From IMG/VR virus record IMGVR_UViG_3300024251_000011, positions 1 through 46,598 of that record: a DNA stretch of 46,598 bases, one strand, 5' to 3'. The position numbers and the translations under genes were made by a program. Shown here one piece after another: positions 16,740 through 25,474 of this stretch. The number at the start of each line of letters is the position of its first letter. The first letter of the stretch is position 1. This DNA is from a virus (Duplodnaviria > Caudoviricetes). Below the pieces are notes generated by a model. It saw only the letters and a program-made list of their open reading frames with translations. It did not search any database and was not told the origin of the DNA.

Positions 16740-19738
16740 CAGAACACCACGACTCCAAAGACAGGGAGCGCCGTTTCCCCCGTGTCAGGGAGCTGCGCCG
16801 TCAGATTCGTCCACGTGATGCCATCGACCGTGCTGAGGATCGCGGCCGACAAGCTGAGGCCGCCCCCGATCGCGTAGAGGATGCCATCATCGACGAAGAG
16901 CGCAATGATCGGGCGCAGCGTGCTTGTCGCCCCCGTGAAACTCACACTCCATGTCGTGCCGTCAGAGGACTTCCGGATCGACGTGATCGCCGTCGTGTCA
17001 TTGTTCCAATAGGCGGCGTAGATCTGACCGTCGAATTCCGCTAAGGAGAGGAAGGCGTTATTGGCCTTCGCCGTTCCTCCTGAGCCGGTGACGGCTGTTG
17101 AATACGTGCCGTCTGTCGCGCGTTTGATGACCGCCGCGAATGTGCCCGCAGCGGCCGTGCATCCCACGAACAATGTGCCCTGGAACGAGAGCATCGAGGC
17201 GACGCCAGCCATACTTGACGTGGCTAGATCGTAATCTTCCACCCAGGCCGTATCGATCGCCGGAAGAATCGAATAGATCTTTCCGACTGCGGTGGACACC
17301 TGACGCTGCGTGCCGCAATAGAGCCGCCCATTGTGCCAGGCAAGCGCGTAGGGCACGTGACCCGTAGTGAAGGCCGCACCGACAGGCGTGAGCGTCGCGG
17401 TTTCGATATCGAGGCTAAAGACGCGCCCGACCCAATTCGTTGAATCAGATCCGGTATCCAGCGTCGAGAGATAGATCGTGCCGTTCGCGGCCAGCATCGA
17501 CACGATCGCTTTGGGCACGGCGCCTGCCGTGGTCGGCGGCAGTGTGCAGAGTTCCCGATCGAATGTGCCGTCGAAGATGCGAATCGGAGGAAATGTCGTG
17601 CCGACCGTATAGCCGGTTGCGGCGTAAACGAGCTTGTTATTGAGCACGCATCCGTAGCCTGGCGATCCGCCGAGCATAGCGGCCGTGCCTGTCGCGAACG
17701 CGACGAAATCGGTCCAGGTGCGCGGATTCTTCGGACGGCTATTTGCGACGATGAGCACGCTGCCCGTGAAGCCTTCGATCGACATCCACCAGCCATTCGG
17801 ATCGGGCGGTGTGGAACCGGACCCGAAGACGGTCCAGCCGCGCCCTGGCGACGACAGCGCGAAGTAATACCACGAGAATTGTTCCGAGCCGAGCGCACCG
17901 ATCCCAAAGCCGAAATCCAGATCTTCCCAGGTCAGATCGAAGAAACTGAAATCGAATCCGAGCGTCGGATCGAAGATCCACCACACAGCGGTGTAAGTAT
18001 ACGCGTCTACCAGCGTGGTCGAGGCCGGGCCGAAGCTGCCGAGCGGATTCAGGCCCGTTGACGCCGAGAGACGCGACGGAAGGAACAAGAGATCGACGAC
18101 CGGATCGGTATTCACGTCGCCGTAGAAGCTGGGCGCCACGCAGGTCAATTGCGTCGGACTCACGTAGGTGCAAAGCGCATTCACCTGGCCGAAGCGCACA
18201 ATGTTCGTGCCGAGTAAAAATTCGCCTTCGTCCGGATAGAAGTTCGAACCCGTAATCGTGATCACTTCTCCGCCAAGCACGGTGCCATGCGTCGGACTGA
18301 CGCTCAACATCACGGGATCGACGTAGGTGAAGCCGCCAGGCAGAAAGAACTGACAATTCGGCGTCACGATCTTCGAGATATCGAACACGGCGACATCGAC
18401 AGAGATCGGCCCAGGCGCGAGGCCGTATTGACTGCCATCGCCACAGCCGTGCGGCGGCGTGCATGTCAATGTGAACGCATCGACCCAGGTGACGTTCGAG
18501 GCCAGCAACCCGAACACGTAACCGCCGCCCAGAAAGTAATTCGTGAGGAAGTCCGGTGCCGACAGCCCTAATGCCGCGAAGGGATAGAACACCACGGCGA
18601 ATTGCGCGCCAGCCTGATTCGTGAATCCGCCGTTCACGCCATTGGTCTTGATCGTCACCGTCACGTCGCCACGATCGCGGCTTGATGTCGGTGCTAACCC
18701 TTGCACTTCCGCCGTCATCAAGCGCGCCGATCCGCTTTCGAGCGCGACGACTTGCACGAGATCGGGCGAGTAGATGATGTCGGTCCACGTGCCAGACAGT
18801 AGGTTGAGCGGATCCGGATAGAGCGTCCATGTCACCGTATCGGGCGACGTGGCATAGACAGGGAAATCCGGTCCTGCTGTGCTCTGATTCACTGCAATCC
18901 ACAGCGAGCCGTTCCACGCCGCCTTCGTCCAGCCGGGAATGGCGAGCATTCCGGCATCGACGGTCTGCACCCATGTCGTGCCGTTCGTCGATGTGAAGAG
19001 ATGATCGCGATCGGCGCTCGTCGCGCCGTTATTCACATCGCCGAACGCGACCATGATCCCGTTCGCGAACCGCAATCCATTGTTGTTGGTGAACCGAACG
19101 TTGACTGGCGTAGTCCGCGATGTCCACGACACGCCATCGGTGGAAGTCATCACGTTGTCGTTCACGCTGTTCGATCCAGCGGTCGCAATCAGTAGGCCCA
19201 GGCTCGATGCCCATTCCACCGATGTCCAACTCCGAGCGGCGGCGGCGACTTGATTGGCCCACGTGATCCCGTCCGCAGAAGTCATCACTTGATGCGCGTT
19301 CGCGGTGACTTGCGCGACGGCGATGAACTTCTGAATCGTGCCAGCGGCCCAGCAGATTCCCCTGAACTGGCTGTTATTCGCAGCGGTCGCGCCTGAGCCG
19401 TCCGGAATGTCATGCTCCGTCCAGGTCGCTCCACCATCATCCGATCGCGTGATGACGTGCGTGCTCGTGCCGCCCGTGAATGACAACGCCGAGAGCGTGC
19501 AAATGACCTGAAGATCTTCAGACCACGCGATTGCCAGATGATTCTTCTGGAACCCTGGATCGACGTTCACCCATGTCACGCCATCCGCAGATTTGTAAAG
19601 GAGGTTCGTCGTCGTGCCGACGCCTGGACCGCTGCCAACCGCCCAATATTCAGCGAGTCCGTGGCACCAGACGACTTGTTTGAACGAGAAGCCGGAGGGC
19701 GCGCCTGGAACGGTCTGGATTGTCCACGGCAGGGACAT
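16739..19738 (-). CDS. Large tail protein: Asp-box beta-propeller, IPT/TIG domains, second propeller
   Basis: SADGVTW, SDDGGATW, SADGITW, STDGVSW, STNGTTW, SSDGTTW; TIG motif SVSPTHGTVLGGEVITITGSNF. Confidence 0.8.
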   Translation of the reverse strand: MSLPWTIQTVPGAPSGFSFKQVVWCHGLAEYWAVGSGPGVGTTTNLLYKSADGVTWVNVDPGFQKNHLAIAWSEDLQVICTLSALSFTGGTSTHVITRSDDGGATWTEHDIPDGSGATAANNSQFRGICWAAGTIQKFIAVAQVTANAHQVMTSADGITWANQVAAAARSWTSVEWASSLGLLIATAGSNSVNDNVMTSTDGVSWTSRTTPVNVRFTNNNGLRFANGIMVAFGDVNNGATSADRDHLFTSTNGTTWVQTVDAGMLAIPGWTKAAWNGSLWIAVNQSTAGPDFPVYATSPDTVTWTLYPDPLNLLSGTWTDIIYSPDLVQVVALESGSARLMTAEVQGLAPTSSRDRGDVTVTIKTNGVNGGFTNQAGAQFAVVFYPFAALGLSAPDFLTNYFLGGGYVFGLLASNVTWVDAFTLTCTPPHGCGDGSQYGLAPGPISVDVAVFDISKIVTPNCQFFLPGGFTYVDPVMLSVSPTHGTVLGGEVITITGSNFYPDEGEFLLGTNIVRFGQVNALCTYVSPTQLTCVAPSFYGDVNTDPVVDLLFLPSRLSASTGLNPLGSFGPASTTLVDAYTYTAVWWIFDPTLGFDFSFFDLTWEDLDFGFGIGALGSEQFSWYYFALSSPGRGWTVFGSGSTPPDPNGWWMSIEGFTGSVLIVANSRPKNPRTWTDFVAFATGTAAMLGGSPGYGCVLNNKLVYAATGYTVGTTFPPIRIFDGTFDRELCTLPPTTAGAVPKAIVSMLAANGTIYLSTLDTGSDSTNWVGRVFSLDIETATLTPVGAAFTTGHVPYALAWHNGRLYCGTQRQVSTAVGKIYSILPAIDTAWVEDYDLATSSMAGVASMLSFQGTLFVGCTAAAGTFAAVIKRATDGTYSTAVTGSGGTAKANNAFLSLAEFDGQIYAAYWNNDTTAITSIRKSSDGTTWSVSFTGATSTLRPIIALFVDDGILYAIGGGLSLSAAILSTVDGITWTNLTAQLPDTGETALPVFGVVVF

Positions 19739-19995
19739 CAGACAGGCCCGCGCCCGATGAAGAAGAAGCGCGTGCCGCTCGTGGAGAGATTCGCGATCGG
19801 CACGCCGACGCCTCCGATCACGCTGCCTGCGGCGGCCGACGTAAAGGCGCCTAGTCCCGGTCGATTCGTCAGGCCGCCGCCGAGCGGATCGTTAATCGCG
19901 TTCGCCGCCTTCGTGACTTCGTGATCGTCGAGCATCAGCGGATCGGTATCCACGTTGACGCCGAGCCGCCCGATCCCGTAGACGGTAAGTTTCAT
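19738..19995 (-). CDS. 85-aa protein resembling the N-terminus of nozzle proteins
   Basis: GVNVDTDPLMLDDHEVTKAANAINDPLGGGLTNRPGL fits G-h-N...P..L...E...A.N.....G.L..RPG; directly after the adaptor gene. Confidence 0.65.
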   Translation of the reverse strand: MKLTVYGIGRLGVNVDTDPLMLDDHEVTKAANAINDPLGGGLTNRPGLGAFTSAAAGSVIGGVGVPIANLSTSGTRFFFIGRGPV

Positions 19996-20000
19996 GCGCG

Positions 20001-20768
20001 TTAATAATCAAAGGCGCCGTCACCCGATAGACCAGCGCCGAGCGAATCATCAAAGACACCGCGCACGATGCGCGGCTGTTGCTCCTGGCGCGGTTCACTG
20101 ACGATCAGGATCGATTGCTTCTCCGTGCCGTAGACCGCCATCCATGTCGTGTCCGGCTGATTCTGCGGATCCTGTTTCGCGAGCGCGTAGGCCGTCGTGA
20201 AGGCTTCGAGCGCAAGATCCGATTCGCCAGGAATCGGATTCATGCTGTCGGCCGTCATCGGCGGCAGCGTCGGAATGTAGGCGATGCGCAGCGTCACGGC
20301 CGACGACAATTTCGGGGCGATCAAGATCTCTGGCGCCGCGATCGGCGAGCCTGCCTTCGTGATCACGTAGAAGACTTCGCCGTCCTGTGTCGGATCGATC
20401 GCCGACATCGCGAGTCCTCGTCGAAATTCCGGCGAGTTGTATTTCGCAGGCGTGAACTTCAGCATCCGACTATTGCTCGTATCGGATGTGTCGCTCGGCT
20501 GAATCAGGATCGGCCGCAGCACGTTGGAAGGCACGCCGATGATCCGATCGCCATTCGCGGCGATATTCGGCGTGGTCACAATTTCGAGGTAATGATCTTG
20601 ATGCAGATCGACGAGCGAGCGCCAGAGATCACGGCACCCGCGAATGGCGTGCGCTAGAAGCTCAGCATCCGTCCAGAAAATATCAGGCGAGATGCCGCCC
20701 GTTTGCATAGTCGGTGCGCGCAGATGAATCCGCGCGTTGGCGACGATGGTGGACAGTGGCGTCGGCAC
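20001..20768 (-). CDS. Head-tail adaptor (P22 gp4/T7 gp11-like)
   Basis: LSTIVANARIHL...FWTDAELLAHAIRGCRDL helical start; position before the nozzle. Confidence 0.7.
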   Translation of the reverse strand: MPTPLSTIVANARIHLRAPTMQTGGISPDIFWTDAELLAHAIRGCRDLWRSLVDLHQDHYLEIVTTPNIAANGDRIIGVPSNVLRPILIQPSDTSDTSNSRMLKFTPAKYNSPEFRRGLAMSAIDPTQDGEVFYVITKAGSPIAAPEILIAPKLSSAVTLRIAYIPTLPPMTADSMNPIPGESDLALEAFTTAYALAKQDPQNQPDTTWMAVYGTEKQSILIVSEPRQEQQPRIVRGVFDDSLGAGLSGDGAFDY

Positions 20769-20774
20769 AAGGCT

Positions 20775-21128
20775 CTAGCTCCAGATGAAGCGCACGCCCG
20801 TGATCGCCCCACCCGCTGTGAGGCAGAACGAAGACACCGATGCGGCGAGTGCGATCGTCGTCGGATCGGTCAGATGGAGAGCAACGCCAGTATCGCCCGT
20901 GACACCTTTCAGCGTGATCGATACGACGTTACCTGCGGGCGGAACGACCCGCACTGCCACAGGCGTGGCGCCGCCTGTTGGAACCGTGATTGTATTCGCG
21001 CCGTTCACCAGATTCTTCAGCTCGCTCATGCCGGGACTCGCGGCGTTCGAGGCCGCCGCGTTCGTCAGCGTGGCAGTGATGTCTCCGGTGAATGTGATCG
21101 TCTCCGTGCGCGCGCTCTGAACAGCCAT
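20775..21128 (-). CDS. Small beta-rich virion protein
   Basis: Thr/Ala/Gly-rich beta strands; tightly packed in the operon. Confidence 0.7.
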   Translation of the reverse strand: MAVQSARTETITFTGDITATLTNAAASNAASPGMSELKNLVNGANTITVPTGGATPVAVRVVPPAGNVVSITLKGVTGDTGVALHLTDPTTIALAASVSSFCLTAGGAITGVRFIWS

Positions 21129-21131
21129 GTC

Positions 21132-21497
21132 TTATGTCGTGAGCTTCGAGAAAGCATCCCACGTCACGATGCCGGATGCGCCTGGCGCGCTTGGAACAAA
21201 CACCAAGCTCGCGCCTGGCGTCAGCACGAAGCCGTCCTGACCGAAATCCTGATCGCCGGACGGATCCGTCGTTGTCGCCGCGACAGGCACGGTCATCACA
21301 GGAACGCCCGCGCTGTCTTGAAAGACCCACGACGCGCCCGCCAGCCCGATCGTGCAATGCACATGCAACCGCTGAATGTGCAGCGCATCGCCGACACGAC
21401 AGGTCACGAGCACCGTCTGATTCGTGAACGGCGTGACCGACAACGATCCGCTCAGATCGCCGTAGAACTGCCGCTTGCGCAGATATCCGTCTGACAT
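21132..21497 (-). CDS. Small beta-rich virion protein
   Basis: Tightly packed in the structural operon. Confidence 0.7.
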   Translation of the reverse strand: MSDGYLRKRQFYGDLSGSLSVTPFTNQTVLVTCRVGDALHIQRLHVHCTIGLAGASWVFQDSAGVPVMTVPVAATTTDPSGDQDFGQDGFVLTPGASLVFVPSAPGASGIVTWDAFSKLTT

Positions 21498-21500
21498 GGC

Positions 21501-22154
21501 CTACTTTTCGACGAAGCCGAATTCGTATTCGTAGGTCGCGCCCGTCGAGAACGTCGCGCCCCACGCATGGATCGCCATCATCGTGTTTGGTGCGATCACG
21601 ATGGGCGCCATGACATACATGACGTGCGCGCGGTTCGTGCCGTCAGTCGGCAGCGCGGACGGATCGGTCAGCTCTCCTGAGCCGTAAGAGAACTGATACA
21701 CGTCACCCACGACGCCGATGACGCTCCGGAACACGCGATGACTGACGATCCGCCGCTGCGACGACGCGGCGGTCAGCGTGACCGCTCCGGCGCTGATCTG
21801 CGCCTGCGAGCTGTTCGGACTGTTCATGTTCTGGTTGACAGGCGTGAGCGCGTTCCCTGCGACGAACGCGGAGAACCGATTGCCCTGATCCAGAACCGTC
21901 GTGAATTGCTGTTGCGAGTTGCCGACCGGGAGGACCGTCATCGTCATCCGCAGGTATTGCGGGTAGATGCTGAGGCTTCCCCCGTTGAACACGGAGAAGA
22001 TGGCTTTCGTTTCCACGAGCGTGGTGGAGACGGCATGCCCGATCAGCCCCGTGCCTGGAACGGTCTGCGCCGTGTAGAAAGAGCCGAGATCGGCCGCGAT
22101 CGTATCGCGCGCGATCGATTGTGCAACTACCGTTGCGCCAGTGACGAGAGGCAT
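21501..22154 (-). CDS. Virion (decoration-like) protein, paralog B
   Basis: Start moved to MPLVTG with GGAG RBS; ADLGSFYTA...PGTG...IYP...AASSQRRIV...GDVYQF...GFVEK. Confidence 0.75.
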   Translation of the reverse strand: MPLVTGATVVAQSIARDTIAADLGSFYTAQTVPGTGLIGHAVSTTLVETKAIFSVFNGGSLSIYPQYLRMTMTVLPVGNSQQQFTTVLDQGNRFSAFVAGNALTPVNQNMNSPNSSQAQISAGAVTLTAASSQRRIVSHRVFRSVIGVVGDVYQFSYGSGELTDPSALPTDGTNRAHVMYVMAPIVIAPNTMMAIHAWGATFSTGATYEYEFGFVEK

Positions 22155-22158
22155 GAAG

Positions 22159-22845
22159 CTATTTCTCCACGAAGCCGATTTCGATTTCGTAGCCGTGCTG
22201 TGTGGCGCCCTGCGACGCCGCCCAGCCCTGCACTTGGAAATTCTGATTCGGCCCGATGACAACCGGCGCGAAGTTGTAGGTGACGTTGCAAATCGCAGTG
22301 CCCGTCTCCACCAGCGACATCGGATCGAGCTGTTCGGTCGATCCGAAGTTGAACTGGTAGACATCGCCGATGACGCTGACGACGCCGCCGTTGCGGAACG
22401 ACTGATTGCCGACGATGCGACGCTGCGACGAGGCCGCCGCTGTGACGAGGCCCGTGCCCGCGTAGATCTGGGCCTGCGACTTGTTGCCGCTGCCCATGTT
22501 GGTATTGTTGATGGTCAGCACGCCCGTCGCGGCCGGTGCCGTCGTGACGCGCTGGCCTTGATCCAATGTGAGCGTGAAACGTGTGGTCAGACCGCCCGCG
22601 TTCGCCTGCGTCACGGTTAGGCGAATGAAAAGCGGATAGATGTTGACGCTGGACGCAACGGGATTGCCGTTGTAGATACTGATGACTGGCGCGGCTTCGG
22701 CGAGCGCGAACGTCGAGATGCTCGCGGTTTCCAGAATGCCCGTGCCGGGCGTCGGCGAAATCGCGGTGAAGTAATATCCCAGATCCGCCAACAGCACATC
22801 CCGGTTCAGGATGGGCGCAACGATGGGACTCGTTCCTGCAAGCAT
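22159..22845 (-). CDS. Virion (decoration-like) protein, paralog A
   Basis: ADLGYYFTA...PGTG...IYP...AASSQRRIV...GDVYQF...GFVEK; AAGGA RBS. Confidence 0.75.
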   Translation of the reverse strand: MLAGTSPIVAPILNRDVLLADLGYYFTAISPTPGTGILETASISTFALAEAAPVISIYNGNPVASSVNIYPLFIRLTVTQANAGGLTTRFTLTLDQGQRVTTAPAATGVLTINNTNMGSGNKSQAQIYAGTGLVTAAASSQRRIVGNQSFRNGGVVSVIGDVYQFNFGSTEQLDPMSLVETGTAICNVTYNFAPVVIGPNQNFQVQGWAASQGATQHGYEIEIGFVEK

Positions 22846-22875
22846 GATTCGTGTCCTTTATCCCGCGTAACCGCG

Positions 22876-23544
22876 CTAGAGAATCGTCACCGCTCCGATG
22901 AGCGGAAACACGGTGAACGACAATTGCAGCGTGGTCGGCGTGATGCTCGATGTTGGCGTCACGTTGAACGTGGCAAGGCCGCCCGTGCTGTCCGTCGCCG
23001 TGGCGCTCCAGGTCAACGTTCCCGTGCTCACCGCTTTCGCTTCTTCCGCTGACACATAGGTGTGCGTCAGCGTCAGAGTGCCAGCTTTATTCACCACGGC
23101 ATACGTGGTGTGGAACGTATCGACCTGGATGTCCGTGGCGTTGATGAAGATGGCCGACCAGAACACGATGCCCGCGCAGCCTCCGAGCGCTGGCACCTGC
23201 GTGGTGAACGCCGCGTAGGCCGCACCGCTCACGAGCGTCTTTGTGCCCGTGACCGGCTGGACCTTCACGATGCCATCGGCACCGGCCAACGTTTTTCCGG
23301 AGAGTGCCTGAGCGGTCGCCGTGTCCACGTAGGTCTTCGAAGCGCTTGGCGAAGTCGGCGAACTGCCGACGACGAGCAGACCGCTCGATCCGTCAATGTA
23401 GGCGCTCGCGCCTGACGGCGTATTGTAAAAATCGACCGGCGCGCCGCCAGCGGCAGGACCGAATTCGAGATACCTGTCCGGCATCCACAACCTGCCCTCC
23501 GGCGAACGCCGGAAGGCACGCGGGAGGAATTTCTCAATCAACAT
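22876..23544 (-). CDS. Head-region virion protein with N-terminal leader motif
   Basis: GAGGGA RBS; FRRSPEGRLW; VDTATAQALSGKTL fibre-like motif; beta-rich C-terminus. Confidence 0.7.
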   Translation of the reverse strand: MLIEKFLPRAFRRSPEGRLWMPDRYLEFGPAAGGAPVDFYNTPSGASAYIDGSSGLLVVGSSPTSPSASKTYVDTATAQALSGKTLAGADGIVKVQPVTGTKTLVSGAAYAAFTTQVPALGGCAGIVFWSAIFINATDIQVDTFHTTYAVVNKAGTLTLTHTYVSAEEAKAVSTGTLTWSATATDSTGGLATFNVTPTSSITPTTLQLSFTVFPLIGAVTIL

Positions 23545-23574
23545 TTGGATGTCCCTCTTGTATCCCTCTTGACG

Positions 23575-24168
23575 TTACGGCGCGGTGATGATGAAGCCGT
23601 CGCCGCCGTCCGTGGTGGATGAGATCGTGAACGTGTCGGCCAGCGTGACGAGCGCAAGCCGGATGCCGTTCGCGAGCGGGAATCCGTTGGGACTCATATA
23701 CATCCCTTCGAGCAGTGTGCCGGGCGCACCGCTGGACACGGCGCCGAGCGGAATCACGAGACGGCTGGCGGCCGTCAGTCCGGATAGCGCATCCGTCGTG
23801 CCGTCATCGAACAGCTTCAGATATGCCGCCGTCGTCGAAGCCGTTGTGGTCTTCCGGATGTAGATCCCGTAGACGCGCGTGACGATCAGGCCATAGAGGC
23901 CGCCCGTCGAAGCCGTCGCAAGGTTCGGCGATACCGTGCTGTTGATCAGTCGCGTGAATCGCATGTCGATCGCTTGCTTTTGCTGCGCGATCCATCGGCG
24001 CAGTCCCGCGAACGCGAACTGCGCGCCAGGCGTCGCGCCCGCCAGCGCCTGATCGACACGCTGCCAGACCAGCGACTCCGCTTCGACGGCCGCCGCCGCA
24101 GACTGGTTGACCCACAGCGAACCGCTCGGCGCGCGGCGCGAGAACAGGGAGAGAGTCATCGACAACAT
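23575..24168 (-). CDS. Head-region virion protein with N-terminal leader motif
   Basis: GGAG RBS; FSRRAPSGSLW; jelly-roll-like C-terminus (VYGIYI...YLKLFD...NGI). Confidence 0.7.
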   Translation of the reverse strand: MLSMTLSLFSRRAPSGSLWVNQSAAAAVEAESLVWQRVDQALAGATPGAQFAFAGLRRWIAQQKQAIDMRFTRLINSTVSPNLATASTGGLYGLIVTRVYGIYIRKTTTASTTAAYLKLFDDGTTDALSGLTAASRLVIPLGAVSSGAPGTLLEGMYMSPNGFPLANGIRLALVTLADTFTISSTTDGGDGFIITAP

Positions 24169-24180
24169 TGCTAATCGCTC

Positions 24181-24756
24181 CTAGACGGTCGGCCCGTCTG
24201 ACGTTGGTGATTCGGCCACGGTAGCAGGCCCGGCACTGAGAATGCGCTTGCCTTCCAATGCTTGCTTGAGCCGCCACGCTTCGCCCGTCGTGTGATACAC
24301 GTCCTCACGAACTTCGGCGTTGATCTTCGCGCGCTCCGCTTCATCGCGCGCGTCGAGCGCTTTCCCGAACTTACTACCGCCTTCAAACATGGCCTTACGA
24401 ATCAGATCGTCCGTCAGAGGACCGCCTTCGACGGCCCAGGTATCACGCGCCATCAGCTCGCCGACGATGTGCTGAAGAAACCCTTCGGTCCAACCCTCAA
24501 TGCTCGCGATCCAGGTCACGGGAACGAGATTGTGCCGGACGAACATCGCCGTGTCGTTCTGATCGTCGATGATCGCGTCGCCCGTCAACCCGCGACTGTA
24601 TTTCTTCACGCGCGCGAGCCAATGGACGGGTTTCTTCCGGCCGGGAAGAATCCGCAAGTCGGCATCGAACGCCCACAAGCCTTGCTGCCACCAGAGCGGC
24701 GGCGCCACAAGATTGTGCGGGTTCGTGTCCGCGATGTAGATCTCCCCAGGTTCCAT
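24181..24756 (-). CDS. Hypothetical protein in head module
   Basis: Well-formed ORF tightly packed downstream of the capsid gene. Confidence 0.7.
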   Translation of the reverse strand: MEPGEIYIADTNPHNLVAPPLWWQQGLWAFDADLRILPGRKKPVHWLARVKKYSRGLTGDAIIDDQNDTAMFVRHNLVPVTWIASIEGWTEGFLQHIVGELMARDTWAVEGGPLTDDLIRKAMFEGGSKFGKALDARDEAERAKINAEVREDVYHTTGEAWRLKQALEGKRILSAGPATVAESPTSDGPTV

Positions 24757-24759
24757 AAA

Positions 24760-25185
24760 TTACGTCGTCTGTGTCACCGTGTCAGCTGAGAGATCTGAGT
24801 GTTCGGCGCCGATCCGCGCATCCGCGCGATTCGCCGCGCCAGCATTACGTCTCACCGCTTTCGCGCCGTCTCCGGCGATCTCTTTACGATTGAGGCGTTC
24901 GCCGCTGTCGCTCTGTTCCTGGGGCGAACAGTCACCATACGGCGACTTCGCGCCCTTGATGCCGATCAGTGATACGAACGCTTCCGCATCGCCGAGCGGA
25001 TCTTCGGATCCGTGCAGCGGATTCTGCTTGTAAGCCGCAATCGCGACCGCCATCGGAACGCCACTCGTCGCCCCAGGCTTGAACTTGTAGTGCGCGCCAT
25101 CCCAGGTTGCCCCAAGGATTGTCGCTTTCGTCCGATTGACGACAACGACGGTCGATCCGAACGACGACACATTTTCTTCTGACAC
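24760..25185 (-). CDS. Hypothetical protein in head module
   Basis: VVNRT...TWDGAHYKFKPG; GAGGT RBS. Confidence 0.7.
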   Translation of the reverse strand: MSEENVSSFGSTVVVVNRTKATILGATWDGAHYKFKPGATSGVPMAVAIAAYKQNPLHGSEDPLGDAEAFVSLIGIKGAKSPYGDCSPQEQSDSGERLNRKEIAGDGAKAVRRNAGAANRADARIGAEHSDLSADTVTQTT

Positions 25186-25192
25186 GGGTTTC

Positions 25193-25465
25193 TTACCTCG
25201 CTTTGAAACGGAAGGAACGCTCGCGGCGAATTGTGGCGGTCATCGGTTCGTTCCGCCGTCCGCGAATTTCTAACGCGCCGCTCGAACAGATCGAGTAATC
25301 GAAATCGTGAAAACAGCCGCAGTCACAACAACCTGTGAGCACGTTCGACCAACGTGTTTGCCCTGGCGCGTCTGGCGGAACGACGACGACGCCGTTGTTG
25401 GCCTGCTGCTGAATACGATCGCCTGAGAGACGCCACGACTTCACCCAGGCGATCAGACCCAACAT
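25193..25465 (-). CDS. Small CCDCGxxH metal-binding protein
   Basis: GCCDCGCFHDFDY; fills the gap after the capsid gene. Confidence 0.55.
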   Translation of the reverse strand: MLGLIAWVKSWRLSGDRIQQQANNGVVVVPPDAPGQTRWSNVLTGCCDCGCFHDFDYSICSSGALEIRGRRNEPMTATIRRERSFRFKAR

Positions 25466-25474
25466 CGCGAAAAC

